A stretch of 64,000 nt of DNA from Auanema rhodensis (GCA_964057225.1 CAXKVF010000074.1:558001-622000), one strand, 5' to 3'; positions 12,850 to 29,500 are shown, counted from the stretch's first letter. Numbers and translations are program-made. The notes: generated from the letters alone by a model not told the origin.

Positions 12850-15800
12850 AAAATTAGATTCCCCATGTCCATATTAGTCTAAAAACAAATTTTTATTGAT
12901 ATTGGTGCATGGTAACCATGACTTTGAATTTTACGTGAACTTTAATTTATGCTAATTAAATGTACACGTGATGTGCACTTGGTATGTAACTCGCTTCACG
13001 TGAAAGATAAAGAGATGCGGTTTCCACAATTAGATTCCCCATGTCCATATTAGTCTAAAAACAAATTTTTATTCATATTGGTTCATGGTAACCATGACTT
13101 TGAAATTTACGTGAACTTTAATTTATGCTAATTAAATGTACACGTGATGTGCACTTGGTATGTAACTCGCTTCACGTGAAAGATAAAGAGATGCGGTTTT
13201 CAAAATTAGATTCCCCATGTCCATATTAGTCTAAAAACAAATTTTTATTGATATTGGTTCATGGTAACCATGACTTTGAAATTTACGTGAACTTTAATTT
13301 ATGCTAATTAAATGTACACGTGATGTGCACTTGGTATGTAACTCGCTTCACGTGAAAGTTAAAGAGATGCGGTTTTCAAAATTAGATTCCCCATGTCCAT
13401 ATTAGTCTAAAAACAAATTTTTATTGATATTGGTGCATGGTAACCATGACTTTGAAATTTACGTGAACTTTAATTTATGCTAATTAAATGTACACGTGAT
13501 GTGCACTTGGTATGTAACTCGCTTCACGTGAAAGATAAAGAGATGCGGTTTTCAAAATTATATTCCCCATGTCCATATTAGTCTAAAAACAAATTTTTAT
13601 TGATATTGGTGCATGGTAACCATGACTTTGAAATTTACGTGAACTTTAATTTATGCTAATTAAATGTACACGTGATGTGCACTTGGAATGTAACTCGCTT
13701 CACGTGAAAGATAAAGAGATGCGGTTTTCAAAATTAGATTCCCCATGTCCATATTAGTCTAAAAACAAATTTTTATTGATATTGGTGCATGGTAACCATG
13801 ACTTTGAATTTTACGTGAACTTTAATTTATGCTAATTAAATGTACACGTGATGTGCACTTGGTATGTAACTCGCTTCACGTGAAAGATAAAGAGATGCGG
13901 TTTTCAAAATTAGATTCCCCATGTCCATATTAGTCTAAAAACAAATTTTTATTGATATTGGTTCATGGTAACCATGACTTTGAAATTTACGTGAACTTTA
14001 ATTTATGCTAATTAAATGTACACGTGATGTGCACTTGGTATGTAACTCGCTTCACGTAAAAGATAAAGAGATGCGGTTTTCAAAATTAGATTCCCCATGT
14101 CCATATTAGTCTAAAAACAAATTTTTATTGATATTGGTTCATGGTAACCATGACTTTGAAATTTACGTGAACTTTAATTTATGCTAATTAAATGTACACG
14201 TGATGTGCACTTGGTATGTAACTCGCTTCACGTGAAAGATAAAGAGATGCGGTTTTCAAAATAAGATTCCCCATGTCCATATTAGTCTAAAAACAAATTT
14301 TTATTGATATTGGTGCATGGTAACCATGACTTTGAAATTTACGTGAACTTTAATTTATGCTAATTAAATGTACACGTGATGTGCTCTTGGTATGTAACTC
14401 GCTTCACGTGAAAGATAAAGAGATGCGGTTTTCAAAATTAGATTACCCATGTCCATATTAGTCTAAAAACAAATTTTTATTGATATTGGTGCATGGTAAC
14501 CATGACTTTGAAATTTACGTGAACTTTAATTTATGCTAATTAAATGTACACGTGATGTGCACTTGGTATGTAACTCGCTTCACGTGAAAGATAAAGAGAT
14601 GCGGTTTTCAAAATTAGATTCCCCATGTCCATATTAGTCTAAAAACAAATTTTTATTGATATTGGTTCATGGTAACCATGACTTTGAAATTTACGTGAAC
14701 TTTAATTTATGCTAATTAAATGTACACGTGATGTGCACTTGGTATGTAACTCGCTTCACGTGAAAGTTAAAGAGATGCGGTTTTCAAAATTAGATTCCCC
14801 ATGTCCATATTAGTCTAAAAACAAATTTTTATTGATATTGGTGCATGGTAACCATGACTTTGAATTTTACGTGAACTTTAATTTATGCTAATTAAATGTA
14901 CACGTGATGTGCACTTGGTATGTAACTCGCTTCACGTGAAAGATAAAGAGATGCGGTTTTCAAAATTAGATTCCCCATGTCCATATTAGTCTAAAAACAA
15001 ATTTTTATTGATATTGGTTCATGGTAACCATGACTTTGAAATTTACGTGAACTTTAATTTATGCTAATTAAATGTACACGTGATGTGCACTTGGTATGTA
15101 ACTCGCTTCACGTAAAAGATAAAGAGATGCGGTTTTCAAAATTAGATTCCCCATGTCCATATTAGTCTAAAAACAAATTTTTATTGATATTGGTTCATGG
15201 TAACCATGACTTTGAAATTTACGTGAACTTTAATTTATGCTAATTAAATGTACACGTGATGTGCACTTGGTATGTAACTCGCTTCACGTGAAAGATAAAG
15301 AGATGCGGTTTTCAAAATTAGATTCCCCATGTCCATATTAGTCTAAAAACAAATTTTTATTGATATTGGTGCATGGTAACCATGACTTTGAAATTTACGT
15401 GAACTTTAATTTATGCTAATTAAATGTACACGTGATGTGCTCTTGGTATGTAACTCGCTTCACGTGAAAGATAAAGAGATGCGGTTTTCAAAATTAGATT
15501 ACCCATGTCCATATTAGTCTAAAAACAAATTTTTATTGATATTGGTGCATGGTAACCATGACTTTGAAATTTACGTGAACTTTAATTTATGCTAATTAAA
15601 TGTACACGTGATGTGCACTTGGTATGTAACTCGCTTCACGTGAAAGATAAAGAGATGCGGTTTTCAAAATTAGATTCCCCATGTCCATATTAGTCTAAAA
15701 ACAAATTTTTATTGATATTGGTTCATGGTAACCATGACTTTGAAATTTACGTGAACTTTAATTTATGCTAATTAAATGTACACGTGATGTGCACTTGGTA

Positions 15801-18800
15801 TGTAACTCGCTTCACGTGAAAGTTAAAGAGATGCGGTTTTCAAAATTAGATTACCCATGTCCATATTAGTCTAAAAACAAATTTTTATTGATATTGGTTC
15901 ATGGTAACCATGACTTTGAAATTTACGTGAACTTTAATTTATGCTAATTAAATGTACACGTGATGTGCACTTGGTATGTAACTCGCTTCACGTGAAAGAT
16001 AAAGAGATGCGGTTTTCAAAATTAGATCCCCCATGTCCATATTAGTCTAAATACTAATTTTTATTGATATTGGTGCATGGTAACCATGACTTTGAAATTT
16101 ACGTGAACTTTAATTTATGCTAATTAAATGTACACGTGATGTGCACTTGGTATGTAACTCGCTTCACGTGAAAGATAAAGAGATGCGGTTTTCAAAATTA
16201 GATTCCCCATGTCCATATTAGTCTAAAAACAAATTTTTATTGATATTGATGCATGGTAACCATGACTTTGAAATTTACGTGAACTTTAATTTATGCTAAT
16301 TAAATGTACACGTGATGTGCACTTGGTATGTAACTCGCTTCACGTGAAAGATAAAGAGATGCGGTTTTCAAAATTAGATTCCCCATGTCCATATTAGTCT
16401 AAAAACAAATTTTTATTGATATTGGTGCATGGTAACCATGACTTTGAAATTTACGTGAACTTTAATTTATGCTAATTAAATGTACACGTGATGTGCACTT
16501 GGTATGTAACTCGCTTCACGTGAAAGATAAAGAGATGCGGTTTTCAAAATTAGATTCCCCATGTCCATATTAGTCTAAAAACAAATTTTTATTGATATTG
16601 GTTCATGGTAACCATGACTTTGAAATTTACGTGAACTTTAATTTATGCTAATTAAATGTACACGTGATGTGCACTTGGTATGTAACTCGCTTCACGTGAA
16701 AGTTAAAGAGATGCGGTTTTCAAAATTAGATTCCCCATGTCCATATTAGTCTAAAAACAAATTTTTATTGATATTGGTGCATGGTAACCATGACTTTGAA
16801 TTTTACGTGAACTTTAATTTATGCTAATTAAATGTACACGTGATGTGCACTTGGTATGTAACTCGCTTCACGTGAAAGATAAAGAGATGCGGTTTCCACA
16901 ATTAGATTCCCCATGTCCATATTAGTCTAAAAACAAATTTTTATTCATATTGGTTCATGGTAACCATGACTTTGAAATTTACGTGAACTTTAATTTATGC
17001 TAATTAAATGTACACGTGATGTGCACTTGGTATGTAACTCGCTTCACGTGAAAGATAAAGAGATGCGGTTTTCAAAATTAGATTCCCCATGTCCATATTA
17101 GTCTAAAAACAAATTTTTATTGATATTGGTTCATGGTAACCATGACTTTGAAATTTACGTGAACTTTAATTTATGCTAATTAAATGTACACGTGATGTGC
17201 ACTTGGTATGTAACTCGCTTCACGTAAAAGATAAAGAGATGCGGTTTTCAAAATTATATTCCCCATGTCCATATTAGTCTAAAAACAAATTTTTATTGAT
17301 ATTGGTGCATGGTAACCATGACTTTGAAATTTACGTGAACTTTAATTTATGCTAATTAAATGTACACGTGATGTGCACTTGGAACGTAACTCGCTTCACG
17401 TGAAAGATAAAGAGATGCGGTTTTCAAAATTAGATTCCCCATGTCCATATTAGTCTAAAAACAAATTTTTATTGATATTGGTGCATGGTAACCATGACTT
17501 TGAATTTTACGTGAACTTTAATTTATGCTAATTAAATGTACACGTGATGTGCACTTGGTATGTAACTCGCTTCACGTGAAAGATAAAGAGATGCGGTTTT
17601 CAAAATTAGATTCCCCATGTCCATATTAGTCTAAAAACAAATTTTTATTGATATTGGTTCATGGTAACCATGACTTTGAAATTTACGTGAACTTTAATTT
17701 ATGCTAATTAAATGTACACGTGATGTGCACTTGGTATGTAACTCGCTTCACGTAAAAGATAAAGAGATGCGGTTTTCAAAATTAGATTCCCCATGTCCAT
17801 ATTAGTCTAAAAACAAATTTTTATTGATATTGGTTCATGGTAACCATGACTTTGAAATTTACGTGAACTTTAATTTATGCTAATTAAATGTACACGTGAT
17901 GTGCACTTGGTATGTAACTCGCTTCACGTGAAAGATAAAGAGATGCGGTTTTCAAAATAAGATTCCCCATGTCCATATTAGTCTAAAAACAAATTTTTAT
18001 TGATATTGGTGCATGGTAACCATGACTTTGAAATTTACGTGAACTTTAATTTATGCTAATTAAATGTACACGTGATGTGCTCTTGGTATGTAACTCGCTT
18101 CACGTGAAAGATAAAGAGATGCGGTTTTCAAAATTAGATTACCCATGTCCATATTAGTCTAAAAACAAATTTTTATTGATATTGGTGCATGGTAACCATG
18201 ACTTTGAAATTTACGTGAACTTTAATTTATGCTAATTAAATGTACACGTGATGTGCACTTGGTATGTAACTCGCTTCACGTGAAAGATAAAGAGATGCGG
18301 TTTTCAAAATTAGATTCCCCATGTCCATATTAGTCTAAAAACAAATTTTTATTGATATTGGTTCATGGTAACCATGACTTTGAAATTTACGTGAACTTTA
18401 ATTTATGCTAATTAAATGTACACGTGATGTGCACTTGGTATGTAACTCGCTTCACGTGAAAGTTAAAGAGATGCGGTTTTCAAAATTAGATTCCCCATGT
18501 CCATATTAGTCTAAAAACAAATTTTTATTGATATTGGTGCATGGTAACCATGACTTTGAATTTTACGTGAACTTTAATTTATGCTAATTAAATGTACACG
18601 TGATGTGCACTTGGTATGTAACTCGCTTCACGTGAAAGATAAAGAGATGCGGTTTTCAAAATTAGATTCCCCATGTCCATATTAGTCTAAAAACAAATTT
18701 TTATTGATATTGGTTCATGGTAACCATGACTTTGAAATTTACGTGAACTTTAATTTATGCTAATTAAATGTACACGTGATGTGCACTTGGTATGTAACTC

Positions 18801-21800
18801 GCTTCACGTAAAAGATAAAGAGATGCGGTTTTCAAAATTAGATTCCCCATGTCCATATTAGTCTAAAAACAAATTTTTATTGATATTGGTTCATGGTAAC
18901 CATGACTTTGAAATTTACGTGAACTTTAATTTATGCTAATTAAATGTACACGTGATGTGCACTTGGTATGTAACTCGCTTCACGTGAAAGATAAAGAGAT
19001 GCGGTTTTCAAAATTAGATTCCCCATGTCCATATTAGTCTAAAAACAAATTTTTATTGATATTGGTGCATGGTAACCATGACTTTGAAATTTACGTGAAC
19101 TTTAATTTATGCTAATTAAATGTACACGTGATGTGCTCTTGGTATGTAACTCGCTTCACGTGAAAGATAAAGAGATGCGGTTTTCAAAATTAGATTACCC
19201 ATGTCCATATTAGTCTAAAAACAAATTTTTATTGATATTGGTGCATGGTAACCATGACTTTGAAATTTACGTGAACTTTAATTTATGCTAATTAAATGTA
19301 CACGTGATGTGCACTTGGTATGTAACTCGCTTCACGTGAAAGATAAAGAGATGCGGTTTTCAAAATTAGATTCCCCATGTCCATATTAGTCTAAAAACAA
19401 ATTTTTATTGATATTGGTTCATGGTAACCATGACTTTGAAATTTACGTGAACTTTAATTTATGCTAATTAAATGTACACGTGATGTGCACTTGGTATGTA
19501 ACTCGCTTCACGTGAAAGTTAAAGAGATGCGGTTTTCAAAACTAGATTACCCATGTCCATATTAGTCTAAAAACAAATTTTTATTGATATTGGTTCATGG
19601 TAACCATGACTTTGAAATTTACGTGAACTTTAATTTATGCTAATTAAATGTACACGTGATGTGCACTTGGTATGTAACTCGCTTCACGTGAAAGATAAAG
19701 AGATGCGGTTTTCAAAATTAGATCCCCCATGTCCATATTAGTCTAAATACTATTTTTTATTGATATTGGTGCATGGTAACCATGACTTTGAAATTTACGT
19801 GAACTTTAATTTATGCTAATTAAATGTACACGTGATGTGCACTTGGTATGTAACTCGCTTCACGTGAAAGATAAAGAGATGCGGTTTTCAAAATTAGATT
19901 CCCCATGTCCATATTAGTCTAAAAACAAATTTTTATTGATATTGATGCATGGTAACCATGACTTTGAAATTTACGTGAACTTTAATTTATGCTAATTAAA
20001 TGTACACGTGATGTGCACTTGGTATGTAACTCGCTTCACGTGAAAGATAAAGAGATGCGGTTTTCAAAATTAGATTCCCCATGTCCATATTAGTCTAAAA
20101 ACAAATTTTTATTGATATTGGTTCATGGTAACCATGACTTTGAAATTTACGTGAACTTTAATTTATGCTAATTAAATGTACACGTGATGTGCACTTGGTA
20201 TGTAACTCGCTTCACGTGAAAGTTAAAGAGATGCGGTTTTCAAAATTAGATTCCCCATGTCCATATTAGTCTAAAAACAAATTTTTATTGATATTGGTGC
20301 ATGGTAACCATGACTTTGAATTTTACGTGAACTTTAATTTATGCTAATTAAATGTACACGTGATGTGCACTTGGTATGTAACTCGCTTCACGTGAAAGAT
20401 AAAGAGATGCGGTTTCCACAATTAGATTCCCCTTGTCCATATTAGTCTAAAAACAAATTTTTATTCATATTGGTTCATGGTAACCATGACTTTGAAATTT
20501 ACGTGAACTTTAATTTATGCTAATTAAATGTACACGTGATGTGCACTTGGTATGTAACTCGCTTCACGTGAAAGATAAAGAGATGCGGTTTTCAAAATTA
20601 GATTCCCCATGTCCATATTAGTCTAAAAACAAATTTTTATTGATATTGGTTCATGGTAACCATGACTTTGAAATTTACGTGAACTTTAATTTATGCTAAT
20701 TAAATGTACACGTGATGTGCACTTGGTATGTAACTCGCTTCACGTGAAAGTTAAAGAGATGCGGTTTTCAAAATTAGATTCCCCATGTCCATATTAGTCT
20801 AAAAACAAATTTTTATTGATATTGGTGCATGGTAACCATGACTTTGAAATTTACGTGAACTTTAATTTATGCTAATTAAATGTACACGTGATGTGCACTT
20901 GGTATGTAACTCGCTTCACGTGAAAGATAAAGAGATGCGGTTTTCAAAATTATATTCCCCATGTCCATATTAGTCTAAAAACAAATTTTTATTGATATTG
21001 GTGCATGGTAACCATGACTTTGAAATTTACGTGAACTTTAATTTATGCTAATTAAATGTACACGTGATGTGCACTTGGAATGTAACTCGCTTCACGTGAA
21101 AGATAAAGAGATGCGGTTTTCAAAATTAGATTCCCCATGTCCATATTAGTCTAAAAACAAATTTTTATTGATATTGGTGCATGGTAACCATGACTTTGAA
21201 TTTTACGTGAACTTTAATTTATGCTAATTAAATGTACACGTGATGTGCACTTGGTATGTAACTCGCTTCACGTGAAAGATAAAGAGATGCGGTTTTCAAA
21301 ATTAGATTCCCCATGTCCATATTAGTCTAAAAACAAATTTTTATTGATATTGGTTCATGGTAACCATGACTTTGAATTTTACGTGAACTTTAATTTATGC
21401 TAATTAAATGTACACGTGATGTGCACTTGGTATGTAACTCGCTTCACGTAAAAGATAAAGAGATGCGGTTTTCAAAATTAGATTCCCCATATCCATATTA
21501 GTCTAAAAACAAATTTTTATTGATATTGGTTCATGGTAACCATGACTTTGAAATTTACGTGAACTTTAATTTATGCTAATTAAATGTACACGTGATGTGC
21601 ACTTGGTATGTAACTCGCTTCACGTGAAAGATAAAGAGATGCGGTTTTCAAAATTAGATTCCCCATGTCCATATTAGTCTAAAAACAAATTTTTATTGAT
21701 ATTGGTGCATGGTAACCATGACTTTGAAATTTACGTGAACTTTAATTTATGCTAATTAAATGTACACGTGATGTGCTCTTGGTATGTAACTCGCTTCACG

Positions 21801-23500
21801 TGAAAGATAAAGAGATGCGGTTTTCAAAATTAGATTACCCATGTCCATATTAGTCTAAAAACAAATTTTTATTGATATTGGTGCATGGTAACCATGACTT
21901 TGAAATTTACGTGAACTTTAATTTATGCTAATTAAATGTACACGTGATGTGCACTTGGTATGTAACTCGCTTCACGTGAAAGATAAAGAGATGCGGTTTT
22001 CAAAATTAGATTCCCCGTGTCCATATTAGTCTAAAAACAAATTTTTATTGATATTGGTTCATGGTAACCATGACTTTGAAATTTACGTGAACTTTAATTT
22101 ATGCTAATTAAATGTACACGTGATGTGCACTTGGTATGTAACTCGCTTCACGTGAAAGATAAAGAGATGCGGTTTTCAAAATTAGATTCCCCATGTCCAT
22201 ATTAGTCTAAAAACAAATTTTTATTGATATTGGTGCATGGTAACCATGACTTTGAATTTTACGTGAACTTTAATTTATGCTAATTAAATGTACACGTGAT
22301 GTGCACTTGGTATGTAACTCGCTTCACGTGAAAGATAAAGAGATGCGGTTTTCAAAATTAGATTCCCCATGTCCATATTAGTCTAAAAACAAATTTTTAT
22401 TGATATTGGTTCATGGTAACCATGACTTTGAAATTTACGTGAACTTTAATTTATGCTAATTAAATGTACACGTGATGTGCACTTGGTATGTAACTCGCTT
22501 CACGTAAAAGATAAAGAGATGCGGTTTTCAAAATTAGATTCCCCATGTCCATATTAGTCTAAAAACAAATTTTTATTGATATTGGTTCATGGTAACCATG
22601 ACTTTGAAATTTACGTGAACTTTGATTTATGCTAATTAAATGTACACGTGATGTGCACTTGGTATGTAACTCGCTTCACGTGAAAGATAAAGAGATGCGG
22701 TTTTCAAAATTAGATTCCCCATGTCCATATTAGTCTAAAAACAAATTTTTATTGATATTGGTGCATGGTAACCATGACTTTGAAATTTACGTGAACTTTA
22801 ATTTATGCTAATTAAATGTACACGTGATGTGCTCTTGGTATGTAACTCGCTTCACGTGAAAGATAAAGAGATGCGGTTTTCAAAATTAGATTACCCATGT
22901 CCATATTAGTCTAAAAACAAATTTTTATTGATATTGGTGCATGGTAACCATGACTTTGAAATTTACGTGAACTTTAATTTATGCTAATTAAATGTACACG
23001 TGATGTGCACTTGGTATGTAACTCGCTTCACGTGAAAGATAAAGAGATGCGGTTTTCAAAATTAGATTCCCCATGTCCATATTAGTCTAAAAACAAATTT
23101 TTATTGATATTGGTTCATGGTAACCATGACTTTGAAATTTACGTGAACTTTAATTTATGCTAATTAAATGTACACGTGATGTGCACTTGGTATGTAACTC
23201 GCTTCACGTGAAAGTTAAAGAGATGCGGTTTTCAAAATTAGATTACCCATGTCCATATTAGTCTAAAAACAAATTTTTATTGATATTGGTTCATGGTAAC
23301 CATGACTTTGAAATTTACGTGAACTTTAATTTATGCTAATTAAATGTACACGTGATGTGCACTTGGTATGTAACTCGCTTCACGTGAAAGATAAAGAGAT
23401 GCGGTTTTCAAAATTAGATCCCCCATGTCCATATTAGTCTAAATACTAATTTTTATTGATATTGGTGCATGGTAACCATGACTTTGAAATTTACGTGAAC
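12850..23500. repeat. ~21-monomer (3,696-bp) higher-order repeat, ~3 copies (boundaries approximate)
   Basis: ggAa variant at 13687, 17383 and 21079; atAag at 14263 and 17959; attgAt at 16249 and 19945 (all 3,696 apart). ttcCaCaa at 13024, 16896 and 20416 (22 and 20 monomers). Confidence 0.88.
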
Positions 23501-26500
23501 TTTAATTTATGCTAATTAAATGTACACGTGATGTGCACTTGGTATGTAACTCGCTTCACGTGAAAGATAAAGAGATGCGGTTTTCAAAATTAGATTCCCC
23601 ATGTCCATATTAGTCTAAAAACAAATTTTTATTGATATTGGTGCATGGTAACCATGACTTTGAAATTTACGTGAACTTTAATTTATGCTAATTAAATGTA
23701 CACGTGATGTGCACTTGGTATGTAACTCGCTTCACGTGAAAGATAAAGAGATGCGGTTTTCAAAATTATATTCCCCATGTCCATATTAGTCTAAAAACAA
23801 ATTTTTATTGATATTGGTGCATGGTAACCATGACTTTGAAATTTACGTGAACTTTAATTTATGCTAATTAAATGTACACGTGATGTGCACTTGGTATGTA
23901 ACTCGCTTCACGTGAAAGATAAAGAGATGCGGTTTTCAAAATTAGATTCCCCATGTCCATATTAGTCTAAAAACAAATTTTTATTGATATTGGTGCATGG
24001 TAACCATGACTTTGAATTTTACGTGAACTTTAATTTATGCTAATTAAATGTACACGTGATGTGCACTTGGTATGTAACTCGCTTCACGTGAAAGATAAAG
24101 AGATGCGGTTTTCAAAATTAGATTCCCCATGTCCATATTAGTCTAAAAACAAATTTTTATTGATATTGGTTCATGGTAACCATGACTTTGAAATTTACGT
24201 GAACTTTAATTTATGCTAATTAAATGTACACGTGATGTGCACTTGGTATGTAACTCGCTTCACGTGAAAGATAAAGAGATGCGGTTTTCAAAATTAGATT
24301 CCCCATGTCCATATTAGTCTAAAAACAAATTTTTATTGATATTGGTTCATGGTAACCATGACTTTGAAATTTACGTGAACTTTAATTTATGCTAATTAAA
24401 TGTACACGTGATGTGCTCTTGGTATGTAACTCGCTTCACGTGAAAGATAAAGAGATGCGGTTTTCAAAATTAGATTACCTATGTCCATATTAGTCTAAAA
24501 ACAAATTTTTATTGATATTGGTTCATGGTAACCATGACTTTGAAATTTACGTGAACTTTAATTTATGCTAATTAAATGTACACGTGATGTGCACTTGGTA
24601 TGTAACTCGCTTCACGTGAAAGTTAAAGAGATGCGGTTTTCAAAATTAGATTACCCATGTCCATATTAGTCTAAAAACAAATTTTTATTGATATTGGTTC
24701 ATGGTAACCATGACTTTGAAATTTACGTGAACTTTAATTTATGCTAATTAAATGTACACGTGATGTGCACTTGGTATGTAACTCGCTTCACGTGAAAGAT
24801 AAAGAGATGCGGTTTTCAAAATTAGATCCCCCATGTCCATATTAGTCTAAATACTAATTTTTATTGATATTGGTGCATGGTAACCATGACTTTGAAATTT
24901 ACGTGAACTTTAATTTATGCTAATTAAATGTACACGTGATGTGCACTTGGTATGTAACTCGCTTCACGTGAAAGATAAAGAGATGCGGTTTTCAAAATTA
25001 GATTCCCCATGTCCATATTAGTCTAAAAACAAATTTTTATTGATATTGGTGCATGGTAACCATGACTTTGAAATTTACGTGAACTTTAATTTATGCTAAT
25101 TAAATGTACACGTGATGTGCACTTGGTATGTAACTCGCTTCACGTGAAGGATAAAGAGATGCGGTTTTCAAAATTATATTCCCCATGTCCATATTAGTCT
25201 AAAAACAAATTTTTATTGATATTGGTGCATGGTAACCATGACTTTGAAATTTACGTGAACTTTAATTTATGCTAATTAAATGTACACGTGATGTGCACTT
25301 GGTATGTAACTCGCTTCACGTGAAAGATAAAGAGATGCGGTTTTCAAAATTAGATTCCCCATGTCCATATTAGTCTAAAAACAAATTTTTATTGATATTG
25401 GTGCATGGTAACCATGACTTTGAATTTTACGTGAACTTTAATTTATGCTAATTAAATGTACACGTGATGTGCACTTGGTATGTAACTCGCTTCACGTGAA
25501 AGATAAAGAGATGCGGTTTTCAAAATTAGATTCCCCATGTCCATATTAGTCTAAAAACAAATTTTTATTGATATTGGTTCATGGTAACCATGACTTTGAA
25601 ATTTACGTGAACTTTAATTTATGCTAATTAAATGTACACGTGATGTGCACTTGGTATGTAACTCGCTTCACGTGAAAGATAAAGAGATGCGGTTTTCAAA
25701 ATTAGATTCCCCATGTCCATATTAGTCTAAAAACAAATTTTTATTGATATTGGTTCATGGTAACCATGACTTTGAAATTTACGTGAACTTTAATTTATGC
25801 TAATTAAATGTACACGTGATGTGCACTTGGTATGTAACTCGCTTCACGTGAAAGATAAAGAGATGCGGTTTTCAAAATTAGATTCCCCATGTCCATATTA
25901 GTCTAAAAACAAATTTTTATTGATATTGGTTCATGGTAACCATGACTTTGAAATTTACGTGAACTTTAATTTATGCTAATTAAATGTACACGTGATGTGC
26001 ACTTGGTATGTAACTCGCTTCACGTGAAAGATAAAGAGATGCGGTTTTCAAAATTAGATTCCCCATGTCCATATTAGTCTAAAAACAAATTTTTATTGAT
26101 ATTGGTTCATGGTAACCATGACTTTGAAATTTACGTGAACTTCAATTTATGCTAATTAAATGTACACGTGATGTGCACTTGGTATGTAACTCGCTTCACG
26201 TGAAAGATAAAGAGATGCGGTTTTCAAAATTAGATTCCCCATGTCCATATTAGTCTAAAAACAAATTTTTATTGATATTGGTGCATGGTAACCATGACTT
26301 TGAAATTTACGTGAACTTTAATTTATGCTAATTAAATGTACACGTGATGTGCACTTGGTATGTAACTCGCTTCACGTGAAAGTTAAAGAGATGCGGTTTT
26401 CAAAATTAGATTACCCATGTCCATATTAGTCTAAAAACAAATTTTTATTGATATTGGTGCATGGTAACCATGACTTTGAAATTTACGTGAACTTTAATTT

Positions 26501-29500
26501 ATGCTAATTAAATGTACACGTGATGTGCACTTGGTATGTAACTCGCTTCACGTGAAAGATAAAGAGATGCGGTTTTCAAAATTAGATTCCCCATGTCCAT
26601 ATTAGTCTAAAAACAAATTTTTATTGATATTGGTTCATGGTAACCATGACTTTGAAATTTACGTGAACTTTAATTTATGCTAATTAAATGTACACGTGAT
26701 GTGCACTTGGTATGTAACTCGCTTCACGTGAAAATTAAAGAGATGCGGTTTTCAAAATTAGATTACCCATGTCCATATTAGTCTAAAAACAAATTTTTAT
26801 TGATATTGGTTCATGGTAACCATGACTTTGAAATTTACGTGAACTTTAATTTATGCTAATTAAATGTACACGTGATGTGCACTTGGTATGTAACTCGCTT
26901 CACGTGAAAGTTAAAGAGATGCGGTTTTCAAAATTAGATTCCCCATGTCCATATTAGTCTAAAAACAAATTTTTATTGATATTGGTGCATGGTAACCATG
27001 ACTTTGAAATTTACGTGAACTTTAATTTATGCTAATTAAATGTACACGTGATGTGCACTTGGTATGTAACTCGCTTCACGTGAAAGATAAAGAGATGCGG
27101 TTTTCAAAATTATATTCCCCATGTCCATATTAGTCTAAAAACAAATTTTTATTGATATTGGTGCATGGTAACCATGACTTTGAAATTTACGTGAACTTTA
27201 ATTTATGCTAATTAAATGTACACGTGATGTGCACTTGGTATGTAACTCGCTTCACGTGAAAGATAAAGAGATGCGGTTTCCAAAATTAGATTCCCCATGT
27301 CCATATTAGTCTAAAAACAAATTTTTATTGATATTGGTGCATGGTAACCATGACTTTGAAATTTACGTGAACTTTAATTTATGCTAATTAAATGTACACG
27401 TGATGTGCACTTGGTATGTAACTCGCTTCACGTGAAAGATAAAGAGATGCGGTTTTCAAAATTAGATCCCCCATGTCCATATTAGTCTAAATACTAATTT
27501 TTATTGATATTGGTGCATGGTAACCATGACTTTGAAATTTACGTGAACTTTAATTTATGCTAATTAAATGTACACGTGATGTGCACTTGGTATGTAACTC
27601 GCTTCACGTGAAAGATAAAGAGATGCGGTTTTCAAAATTAGATTCCCCATGTCCATATTAGTCTAAAAACAAATTTTTATTGATATTGGTTCATGGTAAC
27701 CATGACTTTGAAATTTACGTGAACTTTAATTTATGCTAATTAAATGTACACGTGATGTGCACTTGGTATGTAACTCGCTTCACGTGAAAGTTAAAGAGAT
27801 GCGGTTTTCAAAATTAGATCCCCCATGTCCATATTAGTCTAAATACTAATTTTTATTGATATTGGTGCATGGTAACCATGACTTTGAAATTTACGTGAAC
27901 TTTAATTTATGCTAATTAAATGTACACGTGATGTGCACTTGGTATGTAACTCGCTTCACGTGAAAGATAAAGATATGCGGTTTTCAAAATTAGATTCCCC
28001 ATGTCCATATTAGTCTAAAAACAAATTTTTATTGATATTGGTTCATGGTAACCATGACTTTGAAATTTACGTGAACTTTAATTTATGCTAATTAAATGTA
28101 CACGTGATGTGCACTTGGTATGTAACTCGCTTCACGTGAAAGATAAAGAGATGCGGTTTTCAAAATTAGATTCCCCATGTCCATATTAGTCTAAAAACAA
28201 ATTTTTATTGATATTGGTTCATGGTAACCATGACTTTGAAATTTACGTGAACTTTAATTTATGCTAATTAAATGTACACGTGATGTGCACTTGGTATGTA
28301 ACTCGCTTCACGTGAAAGATAAAGAGATGCGGTTTTCACAATTAGATTCCCCATGTCCATATTAGTCTAAAAACAAATTTTTATTGATATTGGTGCATGG
28401 TAACCATGACTTTGAAATTTACGTGAACTTTAATTTATGCTAATTAAATGTACACGTGATGTGCTCTTGGTATGTAACTCGCTTCACGTGAAAGATAAAG
28501 AGATGCGGTTTTCAAAATTAGATTACCCATGTCCATATTAGTCTAAAAACAAATTTTTATTGATATTGGTTCATGGTAACCATGACTTTGAAATTTACGT
28601 GAACTTTAATTTATGCTAATTAAATGTACACGTGATGTGCACTTGGTATGTAACTCGCTTCACGTGAAAGATAAAGAGATGCGGTTTTCAAAATTAGATC
28701 CCCCATGTCCATATTAGTCTAAATACTAATTTTTATTGATATTGGTGCATGGTAACCATGACTTTGAAATTTACGTGAACTTTAATTTATGCTAATTAAA
28801 TGTACACGTGATGTGCACTTGGTATGTAACTCGCTTCACGTGAAAGATAAAGAGATGCGGTTTTCAAAATTAGATTCCCCATGTCCATATTAGTCTAAAA
28901 ACAAATTTTTATTGATATTGGTGCATGGTAACCATGACTTTGAAATTTACGTGAACTTTAATTTATGCTAATTAAATGTACACGTGATGTGCACTTGGTA
29001 TGTAACTCGCTTCACGTGAAAGATAAAGAGATGCGGTTTTCAAAATTATATTCCCCATGTCCATATTAGTCTAAAAACAAATTTTTATTGATATTGGTGC
29101 ATGGTAACCATGACTTTGAAATTTACGTGAACTTTAATTTATGCTAATTAAATGTACACGTGATGTGCACTTGGTATGTAACTCGCTTCACGTGAAAGAT
29201 AAAGAGATGCGGTTTTCAAAATTAGATCCCCCATGTCCATATTAGTCTAAATACTAATTTTTATTGATATTGGTGCATGGTAACCATGACTTTGAAATTT
29301 ACGTGAACTTTAATTTATGCTAATTAAATGTACACGTGATGTGCACTTGGTATGTAACTCGCTTCACGTGAAAGATAAAGAGATGCGGTTTTCAAAATTA
29401 GATTCCCCATGTCCATATTAGTCTAAAAACAAATTTTTATTGATATTGGTTCATGGTAACCATGACTTTGAAATTTACGTGAACTTTAATTTATGCTAAT

